64,000 nucleotides of DNA from a virus (IMGVR_UViG_3300023119_000004), one strand, 5' to 3'. Counted from the first letter of the stretch, positions 1 to 8,816 are shown. Notes: generated from the sequence alone by a model not told the origin. Numbers and translations: made by a program.

Positions 1-303
1 AAACATAGGTTTATTTAGATCATACATATCATTACTATTATGAAATGTAACTAAACTTTGCAAGTGTTGTGTATCTACTTCGTCGCTGTTAATTTCAATA
101 CCGTCTTTGGTACTTGTAGCAGTAAAGTTAACAGGACTTTTTAGAACATAATAAGAGTTATACCAAGAAGCAAACGATGGGCAATCAATTACACCTCGTT
201 TATTGTAGTCTTTATTCTTTACTGTTAACTTAGGTAGTTTTTCAGGTTCTAGAATTAATAACTCTGGAATAGGACCTGTCCAACACCAACCGACTGTAGT
301 CAT
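1..303 (-). CDS. Partial hypothetical protein (3' end outside window); probable paralog of 32293..33039
   Basis: Manually translated: MTTVGWCWTGPIPELL...VIDCPSFASWYNSYYVLKSP; ATG overlaps upstream stop (TAATG); the CP..(W/Y)...Y(V)..P motif resembles 32293..33039. Confidence 0.7.
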   Translation of the reverse strand, partial: MTTVGWCWTGPIPELLILEPEKLPKLTVKNKDYNKRGVIDCPSFASWYNSYYVLKSPVNFTATSTKDGIEINSDEVDTQHLQSLVTFHNSNDMYDLNKPMF

Positions 304-1076
304 TAAAACTCCTGCTTGTAAAAATAGCAATAGTAACCTTTGCCGTTAGTATCGCCACCGTCGTTGCTTAATTCTTCACCATCATACTTTATAGCATATA
401 CAAGATCTTCACCATTAGGTGCTTCGCCAATACAGAACTTTAATTTTTTTGGATCAAACAATCCAGGTGTAGTAAACCCTGCATCGAAGAATGTGCCTTT
501 TTCTGCACTATAAAATTGACAAATATAATCACCCTTTTCAGGATATCTATCTCCATAATCGTGATTGTCATCGTAGCATTCTACATATTCATCATCAGTA
601 GAAAACTTTTCTGATGTTTCTTCCATCCACTCACTTAGGTCTTGTCCTTCAACAATATCTTCAATAAACTTTGAACGATACTCATCACTCTCTACTTTTT
701 CGATAGTAAGATATGCACCATCAAGTGTTGGCCCCCATGTATGATCAAATTCATCAAGCGGTTCATACCAACTAGCACCTACTTCGCCTGTATCATCGTG
801 CATGAACATTGCTTCTTTAGGAATGTCTTTTGCTTTAACTTCTTCGTAGTGATCATCTTCATTTACTTCTTTTACTGATTTATCTTCAGCACTTGTAATG
901 TAATGAATGGCATCGCTGTCACCATGATCTTTTGTATGTGGATACCAAAAATCAAATGCTTCTTTTGAAATACGCATATATGAACATTCGGCACCATAAC
1001 CACTTAATGAAAGTCTATAGTGATGTGGACCTTTTATTTCTTCAACTAGTTCTTGTTTTTCTTCTGAAGTAGCCAT
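303..1076 (-). CDS. Acidic hypothetical phage protein
   Basis: 257-aa ORF with coupled start/stop junctions; no recognisable motif. Confidence 0.75.
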   Translation of the reverse strand: MATSEEKQELVEEIKGPHHYRLSLSGYGAECSYMRISKEAFDFWYPHTKDHGDSDAIHYITSAEDKSVKEVNEDDHYEEVKAKDIPKEAMFMHDDTGEVGASWYEPLDEFDHTWGPTLDGAYLTIEKVESDEYRSKFIEDIVEGQDLSEWMEETSEKFSTDDEYVECYDDNHDYGDRYPEKGDYICQFYSAEKGTFFDAGFTTPGLFDPKKLKFCIGEAPNGEDLVYAIKYDGEELSNDGGDTNGKGYYCYFYKQEF

Positions 1077-1279
1077 TATCTTTTTCCTTGATTATTAATA
1101 CAAACTGCTTGTGTTCCAGGTGGAAAATATTCAGTACCTGTGCCTAGTTCGTTTAGTAAAATATCACGACCTATAAAGCACTCTTCCATAGTGTCAAACT
1201 CGTAGTATGCTTCGATATAAGGCTCATCGTAACCTGCTTGGGCATTAAACATTATATTGATAAAAACTAAAAACCACAT
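1076..1279 (-). CDS. Small hypothetical protein with hydrophobic N-terminus
   Basis: Likely start MWFLVFINIMF at 1279 (TAATG overlap with PRTase stop) rather than the track's 1318. Confidence 0.6.
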   Translation of the reverse strand: MWFLVFINIMFNAQAGYDEPYIEAYYEFDTMEECFIGRDILLNELGTGTEYFPPGTQAVCINNQGKR

Positions 1280-1824
1280 TAGTATTGACCAACATTTTCC
1301 CAAGGATAAACAAGCCAAACATCTTCTTCAAACTTATTAACCGTGTCGCAATGATAGTTAACACACCCATCAAACTTTGATGAAAGGTTATCTGTTAATA
1401 CTGCGAAACGAACGTTATTACCCCATACCTTCTCCCATTTAGGATCGTTAGGTAAACAACCTGAACGCCAGTCGTCCTTGATCCAATTAAATGTAGCACC
1501 AGTATCGTTGATATCGTCTACAATAAGAATTTTCTTTTCTAGTGGTCCGCCTGTAACACGGTCTTCTTCTTTTTCACGATATCCAAAGGCATCTTCTGCC
1601 ATCCAAAAATTGCTTTCACTTTCTCTGTTATCATCACGCAGGCTTACCTTAAGTGCTTCGCAACGAATGCCGGTCATGTTTGAAATGATAGTAGCAGGCA
1701 CATTACCGCCTCGTGTAATACCTACAATGTAATCAGGCTTCCAATTATCATAATACATTTGTAAAACAATGTTATTACACATACGTTCTACATCTGCCCA
1801 ACTGTAATATTTCTTTTTAATCAT
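1279..1824 (-). CDS. Type I phosphoribosyltransferase (xanthine/guanine PRT-like)
   Basis: IVGITRGG motif and PRPP-binding loop ILIVDDINDTGAT; C-terminal WLVYPWE. Confidence 0.85.
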   Translation of the reverse strand: MIKKKYYSWADVERMCNNIVLQMYYDNWKPDYIVGITRGGNVPATIISNMTGIRCEALKVSLRDDNRESESNFWMAEDAFGYREKEEDRVTGGPLEKKILIVDDINDTGATFNWIKDDWRSGCLPNDPKWEKVWGNNVRFAVLTDNLSSKFDGCVNYHCDTVNKFEEDVWLVYPWENVGQY

Positions 1825-2990
1825 GATGATTTCCTCTTGAAGTTACCGCTAATAGAATATCTATCCTTTCCTGATAAATTTTTTCCTGTGTAGTGCGGTA
1901 TGCTACTAGGAAAAATAAACATCGTCCCTGTGCTTGGGTGTACAGTCTTTTCATATGATTCTGTATTTGCAAATAGTTTAAAATGCAGATCACCTTGATT
2001 GTCAAGTACACGTGGATAATATACAAAAGATATATCACTACCGTGATGATTATGAAAATTAGTACTACCGTTTGGCTCAGTTTTATGAACCCAAATACCT
2101 GTTAGTTCTAAATCATCTCCATAGTACTCTTGTACAGTTCTTTCTAGTTCTGCTTGTAAATGTGTGCAACCTGCAGAACTAGGATAAACTAAATCTTCGT
2201 AATGTGTGTCATTAGGGTCATTATCAATTCTGTTATCACAAACTTCAATTTCTTCAACGATTTTATCGTGAATAACATTTGTAATAGCAGTTTCTAGTAC
2301 ATCAATTCTAGCAACAGTATGTACGGTTTCTTTTTGAGGCATAGGAGGAACATACTCTTTTGTCCAAGGATAGGTTTCTGGATATCCCATTCTAATAGCA
2401 CCTTCTCCTTTACCATGCCTATCTGGTTCGTATTTTACAAATTTAAATGTAGGCGTAAATCTATGTTCATTCCTTAAAGGAGTAGCAGTATGTAGGATAT
2501 TGCTTTTCCAAATAAGCATACGTCCTGGAATAGGAGGTATTGCCCAAATAGTTGGATAGTCGCCTGTTCCTTCTAAGTTACCTTTTTCTTGTTTGTTAAT
2601 AATAAACTTAGTTTCGCCACCGTCATTGATATCCCAGTTATTATTTGCATAAAACATAAATGTCCAAGCATCATCGTTTTCGTCATCTACATGATAATAT
2701 GCTTGTTCTCTTGGAGCAAAAATGTTTGCGTGTGATCTTTTTAAAATACAACCATGAACCTCTGGTACATACTTTTCACAAAACTCCCATAAAGCATGGA
2801 ATATTTTTGTGCCTAAGTAATCACCAGTACTCATTCCAGTTGGCGGTAAGTCAACATTATCAACTTCACCATACATATATAACATATTCTTAACGTCTAA
2901 AACAAGTTCGTTAAGGTGTGGCGGCGACCACACGTCATCAAAAATTTTCATTCTACCATCTAGTAGAGTTTGTACTTTAGGCTCCTGCAT
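1821..2990 (-). CDS. Tandem two-domain 2OG-Fe(II) oxygenase
   Basis: Domain 1: HVD...H(TATP)...RFT; domain 2: HNH...ISFVYY...FPSSIPH...RYSISGN. Confidence 0.8.
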   Translation of the reverse strand: MQEPKVQTLLDGRMKIFDDVWSPPHLNELVLDVKNMLYMYGEVDNVDLPPTGMSTGDYLGTKIFHALWEFCEKYVPEVHGCILKRSHANIFAPREQAYYHVDDENDDAWTFMFYANNNWDINDGGETKFIINKQEKGNLEGTGDYPTIWAIPPIPGRMLIWKSNILHTATPLRNEHRFTPTFKFVKYEPDRHGKGEGAIRMGYPETYPWTKEYVPPMPQKETVHTVARIDVLETAITNVIHDKIVEEIEVCDNRIDNDPNDTHYEDLVYPSSAGCTHLQAELERTVQEYYGDDLELTGIWVHKTEPNGSTNFHNHHGSDISFVYYPRVLDNQGDLHFKLFANTESYEKTVHPSTGTMFIFPSSIPHYTGKNLSGKDRYSISGNFKRKSS

Positions 2991-3471
2991 CTTTTTCTTT
3001 CAAATACTCCTCATTATGGATCCAACGATATCCTTCGTTTCTAACCCAACGCATAAATCCCCATTCTTGAACTTTACGTCCCATAAAGAATAAACTCCAA
3101 CAAGGGATTTCATTTCCGTTTTCATCCTTTTGTAATTCTAACCAATGCAAGTCGTCTGCTTTACGCATACGAAAATGCCCAGGTCCTCTCCAAACTCTTG
3201 TACTACCACATACGTGACCTTCTTGTGCAAAGATTGGAATATGTTCCCAATAACCACCTTTAAGAATAAAAGTTGCATAACTCCATGGGTGGTCATGTAG
3301 TGTGGGCTCATCACTTACAAGAACTTTGTGTAGTGTGATATTAAAAGGAAAGTGTTTTCTATTTTTAAGAAATAGGTAATAACGGATAAGGTAAGGCACC
3401 TTTCCGTCTCTGTCTGTAATTACTCGACGCCTGCCGAGTTTGTCCATAATTTTAGAAAGGAACATCATCAT
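2977..3471 (-). CDS. Cupin-like hypothetical protein
   Basis: LHK...LHDHPW...ILKGGYWEH...H cupin-type metal motif; AGGA RBS before the run of ATGs at 3463-3471. Confidence 0.6.
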   Translation of the reverse strand: MMMFLSKIMDKLGRRRVITDRDGKVPYLIRYYLFLKNRKHFPFNITLHKVLVSDEPTLHDHPWSYATFILKGGYWEHIPIFAQEGHVCGSTRVWRGPGHFRMRKADDLHWLELQKDENGNEIPCWSLFFMGRKVQEWGFMRWVRNEGYRWIHNEEYLKEKDAGA

Positions 3472-3835
3472 CTTTCCTACTGTTATAATCATCCTTACAC
3501 AAGTTATATATTTCTAAAAACTTTTCATACTGTAGTTTTAGGGCAGGGTATAACTTAATCATATCTTCGATCTTATATTCTGCCGGCCAATTATCGCCAT
3601 ACTCTCCAAGTGTTATACTAGATGGAAAATCACCAGTATCAAAAGTTGTATCAAAACTTGTGTCAACATTAACAGTATAAGTGCCATCGCTTTGTACGTA
3701 ACTTGTATCTATTGGATATGTAGTTGAATCCATTGTTGAATACGATGTAATTCCGCCTACAGTTGCACCTGGGCCTGTATAATCGATATTAGTATTATCT
3801 AGTGTAATAGTAAATTTCTTTTCATCATCGTCCAT
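3452..3835 (-). CDS. Hypothetical protein, T/D-rich N-terminus
   Basis: 127-aa ORF in operon with overlapping junctions. Confidence 0.65.
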   Translation of the reverse strand: MDDDEKKFTITLDNTNIDYTGPGATVGGITSYSTMDSTTYPIDTSYVQSDGTYTVNVDTSFDTTFDTGDFPSSITLGEYGDNWPAEYKIEDMIKLYPALKLQYEKFLEIYNLCKDDYNSRKDDDVPF

Positions 3836-4892
3836 TATTAATCACCTTGTAAAGTGCTTGACCTGAAAAGAAGTCTTCTTTTAATTTTGTAACTTGTTTA
3901 AGTAACACTGGAAGATAATTGTCATAGTTTTCCATGTAATCAGTAATTCTGTCAACTAAGACTCTTCTATATTTCTTGTAAGCAAAGAAGTCTTCTGTCC
4001 ATTCGCTTGGATACTTAAATTCATCTAATCCCATTTCGCTATAACTTAAACGATCCGGAACCATCGGAATAGCATTAACTAGTGCGCCTTCATACCAACT
4101 AATACCAAGTGTTTCTTGTAAGTTAGCACTAAACACTAGTTTTGCTTTACCTAGTAGGTTATGATACTCATTCTTTGTTAACGATTGTTCTTGACAAATA
4201 ATAAGTTCATAGTTAGGTAAATGTTCTTTTAAGTCTCTAAATATTTCTGGTTGTTTCTCTGGAGCAACTCTATGCGGAAACAGAATAATATTTTCTTTAG
4301 GCATACCTTTGTAAGAGTCTAAACTATTTTTTAGATACTCCATAGGCCATCCTACACGATGAAATTCTGTTTTATAATCGCCATATGCATATGGCTTCAA
4401 TTGGAATGCTTTTTTAAACATTTCAATATGGAATTCTGTAGCAAAGAAGTTATCATGATAACATTCTAGCATACTTTGTTCTGCAAGACGTACCCAAGGT
4501 TTATCACCAATTAGTCTGCCCAAGAAATCTTGTGGGTCATAACTACCAGCGTGCCAGAGGCCACCAACGCGAATATTAACACCAAGTAACTCTGCCATGT
4601 AACGTAGTTGTATAACTGTAGGATTCCAGGCATCGGTATAGAGAAAATAATCACCGTCCTTAATTTTACCATTGCAGAACATCTCTCCAATTTGTTCTAG
4701 TTGTTTACTCTTGTAAACATTAGTACCGCCAAAGTTAAGAAATGCCCCAGGCGTAGTAGCCTGAGGCGTCTCTCCTCCACTGATAACAGTGACTTCGCTA
4801 TTAGTAGCACGTTGTAACTGCTTAGGAAGATGTTCCTTCCACTGCTTAGTATAACGTGTATCTACTGCTTCGATGTCAACTATATAAATCAA
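3825..4892 (-). CDS. GT-B fold glycosyltransferase (GT4-like)
   Basis: FPHRVAPEKQP, FSANLQETLGI...EG...VPD.LSY.E, typical of the GT4/Glycos_transf_1 C-terminal donor-binding domain. Confidence 0.75.
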   Translation of the reverse strand: MIYIVDIEAVDTRYTKQWKEHLPKQLQRATNSEVTVISGGETPQATTPGAFLNFGGTNVYKSKQLEQIGEMFCNGKIKDGDYFLYTDAWNPTVIQLRYMAELLGVNIRVGGLWHAGSYDPQDFLGRLIGDKPWVRLAEQSMLECYHDNFFATEFHIEMFKKAFQLKPYAYGDYKTEFHRVGWPMEYLKNSLDSYKGMPKENIILFPHRVAPEKQPEIFRDLKEHLPNYELIICQEQSLTKNEYHNLLGKAKLVFSANLQETLGISWYEGALVNAIPMVPDRLSYSEMGLDEFKYPSEWTEDFFAYKKYRRVLVDRITDYMENYDNYLPVLLKQVTKLKEDFFSGQALYKVINNGR

Positions 4893-5095
4893 TGAAACTT
4901 CCTTTTATTAAATTTTCGCTTTGGCTTTCGCGAAATTTTTGAAGGATCTAAATAACTTTGGTAAGTGCGAGACTTTTTATTATAAAGATCTGCTTCGTTA
5001 AAAATAAACCCGTTGAAACGGCAAAAGTCACGATAACTATCTAAGTCATCGAAAATTTGAACCACGTCAGGGCGTTTATCCCAATACTTGCTCAT
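4889..5095 (-). CDS. Small basic hypothetical protein
   Basis: Likely start MSKYWDKRP at 5095 with AAGGA RBS; track ORF is over-extended to 5215. Confidence 0.65.
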   Translation of the reverse strand: MSKYWDKRPDVVQIFDDLDSYRDFCRFNGFIFNEADLYNKKSRTYQSYLDPSKISRKPKRKFNKRKFH

Positions 5096-5108
5096 TTTAA
5101 TGCTTCCT

Positions 5109-5564
5109 TTAGTTTCTAGCATATTCAATGTGGGCACCGTTCTCTCCATCTTCGGAGACATCGATGTGGACTTCACGTCCAGGGTGTTTAGCACGGATTT
5201 GTTCATACAAATCATCTGCCATCATTTCACAACTCTTATAATCTAGTTCAAGGGTTTTCTCCTCATAAAGTTTTTCTAACCATCTTTTGAATTGAATAAA
5301 TTCGATATCTCTGTCGTTGTGTGTAACTGAGATAGCGACTTTGAAATGGAATATGTGTCTGTGGGGATATCCCAAAAACGAAACATCATATTCATCACCT
5401 GTTGCAAGACTAGGATCATCTAGTGCCGCAGGATACTTGTGGATTCCTTCCTTTCGGAATGTTACCCAAATCATTCTCTTTGCGTTTTCCATAATTGCCT
5501 TTTCGTTATCTTCTCTCATCATTCTCAACATATAATTGTGATAAGATTCTCTTACTGTTTCCAT
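5109..5564 (-). CDS. dpdL: QueD-like T-fold protein, DpdL-like (predicted 7-carboxy-7-deazaguanine decarboxylase)
   Basis: LGYPHRHIF matches the LxxxHRHxF signature I recall for DpdL; also DRDIEF, SCEM, SEDGENG. True start may be a downstream ATG (5531/5522/5519). Confidence 0.7.
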   Translation of the reverse strand: METVRESYHNYMLRMMREDNEKAIMENAKRMIWVTFRKEGIHKYPAALDDPSLATGDEYDVSFLGYPHRHIFHFKVAISVTHNDRDIEFIQFKRWLEKLYEEKTLELDYKSCEMMADDLYEQIRAKHPGREVHIDVSEDGENGAHIEYARN

Positions 5565-5566
5565 TT

Positions 5567-5595
5567 ATTATAACTTCTTTCTTAGTCATTGTCAA
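5567..5595 (-). promoter_or_regulatory. sigma70-type promoter
   Basis: TTGACA-17 nt-TATAAT upstream of the dpdL/glycosyltransferase operon. Confidence 0.8.
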
Positions 5596-6121
5596 CCGGA
5601 TTATCGTTTTCATATTTGGACCAATCTGTAAATTTTGAACGGTCTTGTAAATCGTGTACCTGATGAATCCAAACACCGGCATTAGTTGCTTTAAAATCTT
5701 TGTCGTCAATTTTGATACACGCATTATAATTAAGTTGATCAATGTAAGGAATTTTTACACTAATCTGACTAATAAAGTTTGTTTTTTCGTTGTAACCGCT
5801 TTCTAACACCCACTCATGATATTTTACATCATAATCAAGTGTTACATGATATCCTTCTTTAAGCAAACCGTAAATTAGTGTATCCCAAGCCTTGTTAGTT
5901 TCTTCTTCACCATTTGGTAAAACTATTTCAAAACTTTGATTAGCACCCAAGTAAATATGGTCTACGTGCTTTGCTTTTGCTTGTTCTAATACTTCATCTA
6001 ACGGACGACATCCAACTACAAATAGTGTATCCATATCGTATGCTGGTGTTTTCTCTACTTCATATCCAGTAAAATAAACAACATCATCTTTTACAATGCC
6101 GTCTGAGTAATCACGTTTCAT
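5582..6121 (-). CDS. Hypothetical protein linked to dpdL
   Basis: 179 aa; FTGYEVEKTP, HIYLGANQSF, KIDD.DF..TN.GVW; no family confidently assigned. Confidence 0.75.
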   Translation of the reverse strand: MKRDYSDGIVKDDVVYFTGYEVEKTPAYDMDTLFVVGCRPLDEVLEQAKAKHVDHIYLGANQSFEIVLPNGEEETNKAWDTLIYGLLKEGYHVTLDYDVKYHEWVLESGYNEKTNFISQISVKIPYIDQLNYNACIKIDDKDFKATNAGVWIHQVHDLQDRSKFTDWSKYENDNPVDND

Positions 6122-6279
6122 GATTGTAATCTCTCAATTTCCTGTTTAACTATTAATTTCTCTTGTTTCATTTTCTTAAGTGCCGCATCATCTATATAAT
6201 TACTATAACCTCTTTGGATCTCTTTGTCAAGTGTTTTATGCTTGATTATTAGTGCTTCCAATCTGTTTTCTTTAGTCAT
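6118..6279 (-). CDS. DUF465/YdcH-like small coiled-coil protein (missed by ORF track)
   Basis: MTKENRLEALIIKHKTLDKEIQRGYSNYIDDAALKKMKQEKLIVKQEIERLQS; AAGGAG RBS; ATGA overlap. Confidence 0.7.
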   Translation of the reverse strand: MTKENRLEALIIKHKTLDKEIQRGYSNYIDDAALKKMKQEKLIVKQEIERLQS

Positions 6280-6299
6280 ATGCTCTCCTTAATATAACA

Positions 6300-6890
6300 T
6301 TATAGTGTGTCGTTGTCAAGTCCAAATCCTTCAATATCGCCATTAAATGCAATACTAATCCTATCTTTCTTGCTCCAATTTTCTTTAACTTGATGATTAA
6401 TCCAACCTGGGAAAGAAACTAATTTACCAGTTTGTGGAATAACTGTAAATCTACAACCGTTATAAGAATTGGCCGCTTGAATTAGTTTAGGTGGTAGAGC
6501 ATAGTCTACGATATTAGATGGGGGGAATAAAACTAAATCTCCGCAGTTTTGTTCGGCTTGTGGATAGTATACACAGGCTACGAAGTGTTTAGGGTGTAGA
6601 TGTGTTTCTACAATGTTTGATGTTTGTTCTAAAGGCTTTTGTACATTTAGCCAAGCCTGTGTGGGTTTAATTTCATACCCATCAACCAAGTTCCACAGTT
6701 GTGTGAGCATTTTAAAATGTTCTCTTACCGCTTCTACTAGCGGTTGAAGAACAGGCTCGGCTAAATTTAAATGATTACTTTGACCTCTGTGCTTAACATT
6801 CTTGTATGCAAACTTAATAAGTTCGTCATTGTTAATGTCGCTAAGGTGCTCGTCTGAGAACGGAGTAGTAAACAAGTCAACTATTGCCAT
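6300..6890 (-). CDS. 2OG-Fe(II) oxygenase (TIGR02466-like)
   Basis: HLHP..FVACVYY...FPGWINH.V...RISIAFN. Confidence 0.85.
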   Translation of the reverse strand: MAIVDLFTTPFSDEHLSDINNDELIKFAYKNVKHRGQSNHLNLAEPVLQPLVEAVREHFKMLTQLWNLVDGYEIKPTQAWLNVQKPLEQTSNIVETHLHPKHFVACVYYPQAEQNCGDLVLFPPSNIVDYALPPKLIQAANSYNGCRFTVIPQTGKLVSFPGWINHQVKENWSKKDRISIAFNGDIEGFGLDNDTL

Positions 6891-6903
6891 TCTCTGATCT
6901 CCT

Positions 6904-7092
6904 TTAAATTTTATTTTTAAATTTTAAAATAGCATCTTTTAGTGCTAGTTTGATTTTCTTATGCCTTTGCAAAAGTTCTTTTGAAGTCCATGAACGATCT
7001 CCGTCACGTTCCTGTTCCATCTCTGTAACTTTTTTATCGTAATATTGATGCTCTTCTTCTAAACGTTTTAGTTGCTTATTAGATTTGCTCAT
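6904..7092 (-). CDS. DUF465/YdcH-like small coiled-coil protein
   Basis: LEEEHQYYDKKV..ME...KKIKLALKDAI pattern. Confidence 0.65.
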   Translation of the reverse strand: MSKSNKQLKRLEEEHQYYDKKVTEMEQERDGDRSWTSKELLQRHKKIKLALKDAILKFKNKI

Positions 7093-8623
7093 CTTCTAAC
7101 TCCTCGAGTTTATGTTCTTGTTCTTCAGTAAATTCACTGTCACTTGAGTCATCTGAAGTTGTTGTGTCTGCTTCTTCAAATAAATTAGCAAACTGTGTAC
7201 TAGCATTAACTGTCTTTTTACCAGTAGCACCTCTAGTGCCAATAACTGACATCCAGAATCTTGAAAATTCTTCTATGACCGCATTCGCTTCGTCTCTGTT
7301 GTCAGTTGCAAATATCGCTTCCACAACATCTCTAAAAAATAACCTGTCAAAACGTTCTTCGACAAGCATCGCTGGAATTCTGCCTGCGTCATATTCTCTG
7401 TTTGCTTCTTGTACTGCATTAATGTGACTCCATACATTATGACCCATTTGGATCGCATATGAAAAACTATCCCAAGATGTTTTTCCTTCTTTACCTACTT
7501 TATTTAGATCGCCTGGTGCATAGATACAAACATCTTTGGCTGTTAGTCCTGTTGTAATAGGCGAGTCTTTAAAACTTCCGTGTTTGTTTTCACGTACAAA
7601 TGCTTGACCAAACGGTGTAAGGTCTTGTGCTAAACCTTTGTCGTCAATGCTAGGTACCATTCTGTATACCCATTTACTTCTATCTTTTGTTTCAAGTTCA
7701 CAATAGATTTGACCATTTGCTGTTGCTAAGAATGGACTAGCACAGTCAAATGTAATTGTAAAGTTTTCGTTATGATGTTTACGAACTGCTCTTTGTACAT
7801 CAGTTAGTAGTGTTGCCCACTCTAGTTTACTTGTACCCAAGAAGTGCATAAAGTCATGTTTGCCTTTTTCAAGTAATCCATCAAAACGTAGTGCAACAAT
7901 ACGTTTTAATGCTAGGTGAATATCACACATATTCTGACCACCCATTGACCACCCATTAAAGTGATCAGTATACTTTTTAGGATCGCAATAGTCTTTCATT
8001 TGCTGATACCAATCTTCTGCATCAGCATGATTCTCACCTTGTAGTACATTTAAGAATTTACAATTACCATTACGATTTTTCATAAAGTAATCGTTATTAA
8101 TACGTGTGGCATTTACTGCTTCTTGGTATGTACTAATACCAGTTGCTTTAACACCTTGTGGACTACGAGCAACCCAAGCCGGAATATCAAGGATCATACC
8201 GTAATCCATATATTCGTCCATCCAACGTAAAACTTGTTCACGTTTCTTTTTCGCCTTAGGACAGTTAGGATCTTTCCAATCACCTTCCCATACACCTTTA
8301 CCAATCTGGAATCCTCCAGAGTCGCCAAGCAACCAACTAGTATTGCGATCTCTGTTTCGGATCATATCTTCTTTAGGTGAGTCTTTGTTAATATCTAATT
8401 CAGCGTGACCTGCGGAATACAATGACCAATTATATTGAAACATACCGTCATTGCGATTTAACCAGTTCAGACTTTCAACGTCATTAGGAAAGTTACTAGG
8501 AATTCTAGTTCTTTCAACATATTCTTCACGACGCTGTTTACCAATGAATGTAGCATAGAAGCCACTAATCGCTGGTAGGAAGATTGCGTAATCCTTTTGC
8601 TGTGCTGTTAAGTCCGTATTCAA
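7079..8623 (-). CDS. dpdA: DNA 7-deazaguanine transglycosylase (TGT-fold DpdA)
   Basis: GDSGGFQ, LDIP, NVLQG, GWSMGG, HFLG, FDCASP; probable TTG start at 8623 after GGAG. Confidence 0.85.
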   Translation of the reverse strand: MNTDLTAQQKDYAIFLPAISGFYATFIGKQRREEYVERTRIPSNFPNDVESLNWLNRNDGMFQYNWSLYSAGHAELDINKDSPKEDMIRNRDRNTSWLLGDSGGFQIGKGVWEGDWKDPNCPKAKKKREQVLRWMDEYMDYGMILDIPAWVARSPQGVKATGISTYQEAVNATRINNDYFMKNRNGNCKFLNVLQGENHADAEDWYQQMKDYCDPKKYTDHFNGWSMGGQNMCDIHLALKRIVALRFDGLLEKGKHDFMHFLGTSKLEWATLLTDVQRAVRKHHNENFTITFDCASPFLATANGQIYCELETKDRSKWVYRMVPSIDDKGLAQDLTPFGQAFVRENKHGSFKDSPITTGLTAKDVCIYAPGDLNKVGKEGKTSWDSFSYAIQMGHNVWSHINAVQEANREYDAGRIPAMLVEERFDRLFFRDVVEAIFATDNRDEANAVIEEFSRFWMSVIGTRGATGKKTVNASTQFANLFEEADTTTSDDSSDSEFTEEQEHKLEELEDEQI

Positions 8624-8624
8624 A

Positions 8625-8816
8625 TTATTCTCCAAATGCCTTAAATGCTAAGAGAGGAACAAGCCAAGGATAAACCAAATGCTCAACCAACTCATATACA
8701 ACCAAAATAGTGAGCAACACGGCCCATAGTTTTGATGTTTTTGCTTTGTTGCTAACATATTCAAATATCCTCGAATGCCACTTTCCTAAACGTTCTATTA
8801 TACCTGGTTTCGGCAT
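8625..8816 (-). CDS. Small membrane protein
   Basis: Start MPKPGII with AAGGAG RBS; one or two hydrophobic segments. Confidence 0.65.
   Translation of the reverse strand: MPKPGIIERLGKWHSRIFEYVSNKAKTSKLWAVLLTILVVYELVEHLVYPWLVPLLAFKAFGE

Noticed and set aside
1821-6890. TET/JBP (base-hydroxylating) assignment for oxygenases near the glycosyltransferase
   Set aside because: Motifs resemble TIGR02466/prolyl-hydroxylase-like families, not TET/JBP; cannot be supported from sequence alone
7079-8623. tRNA-guanine transglycosylase (tgt) call
   Set aside because: Long insertions, no C-terminal Zn motif recognised, and the context of clamp, dpdL and queD favour DNA-acting DpdA
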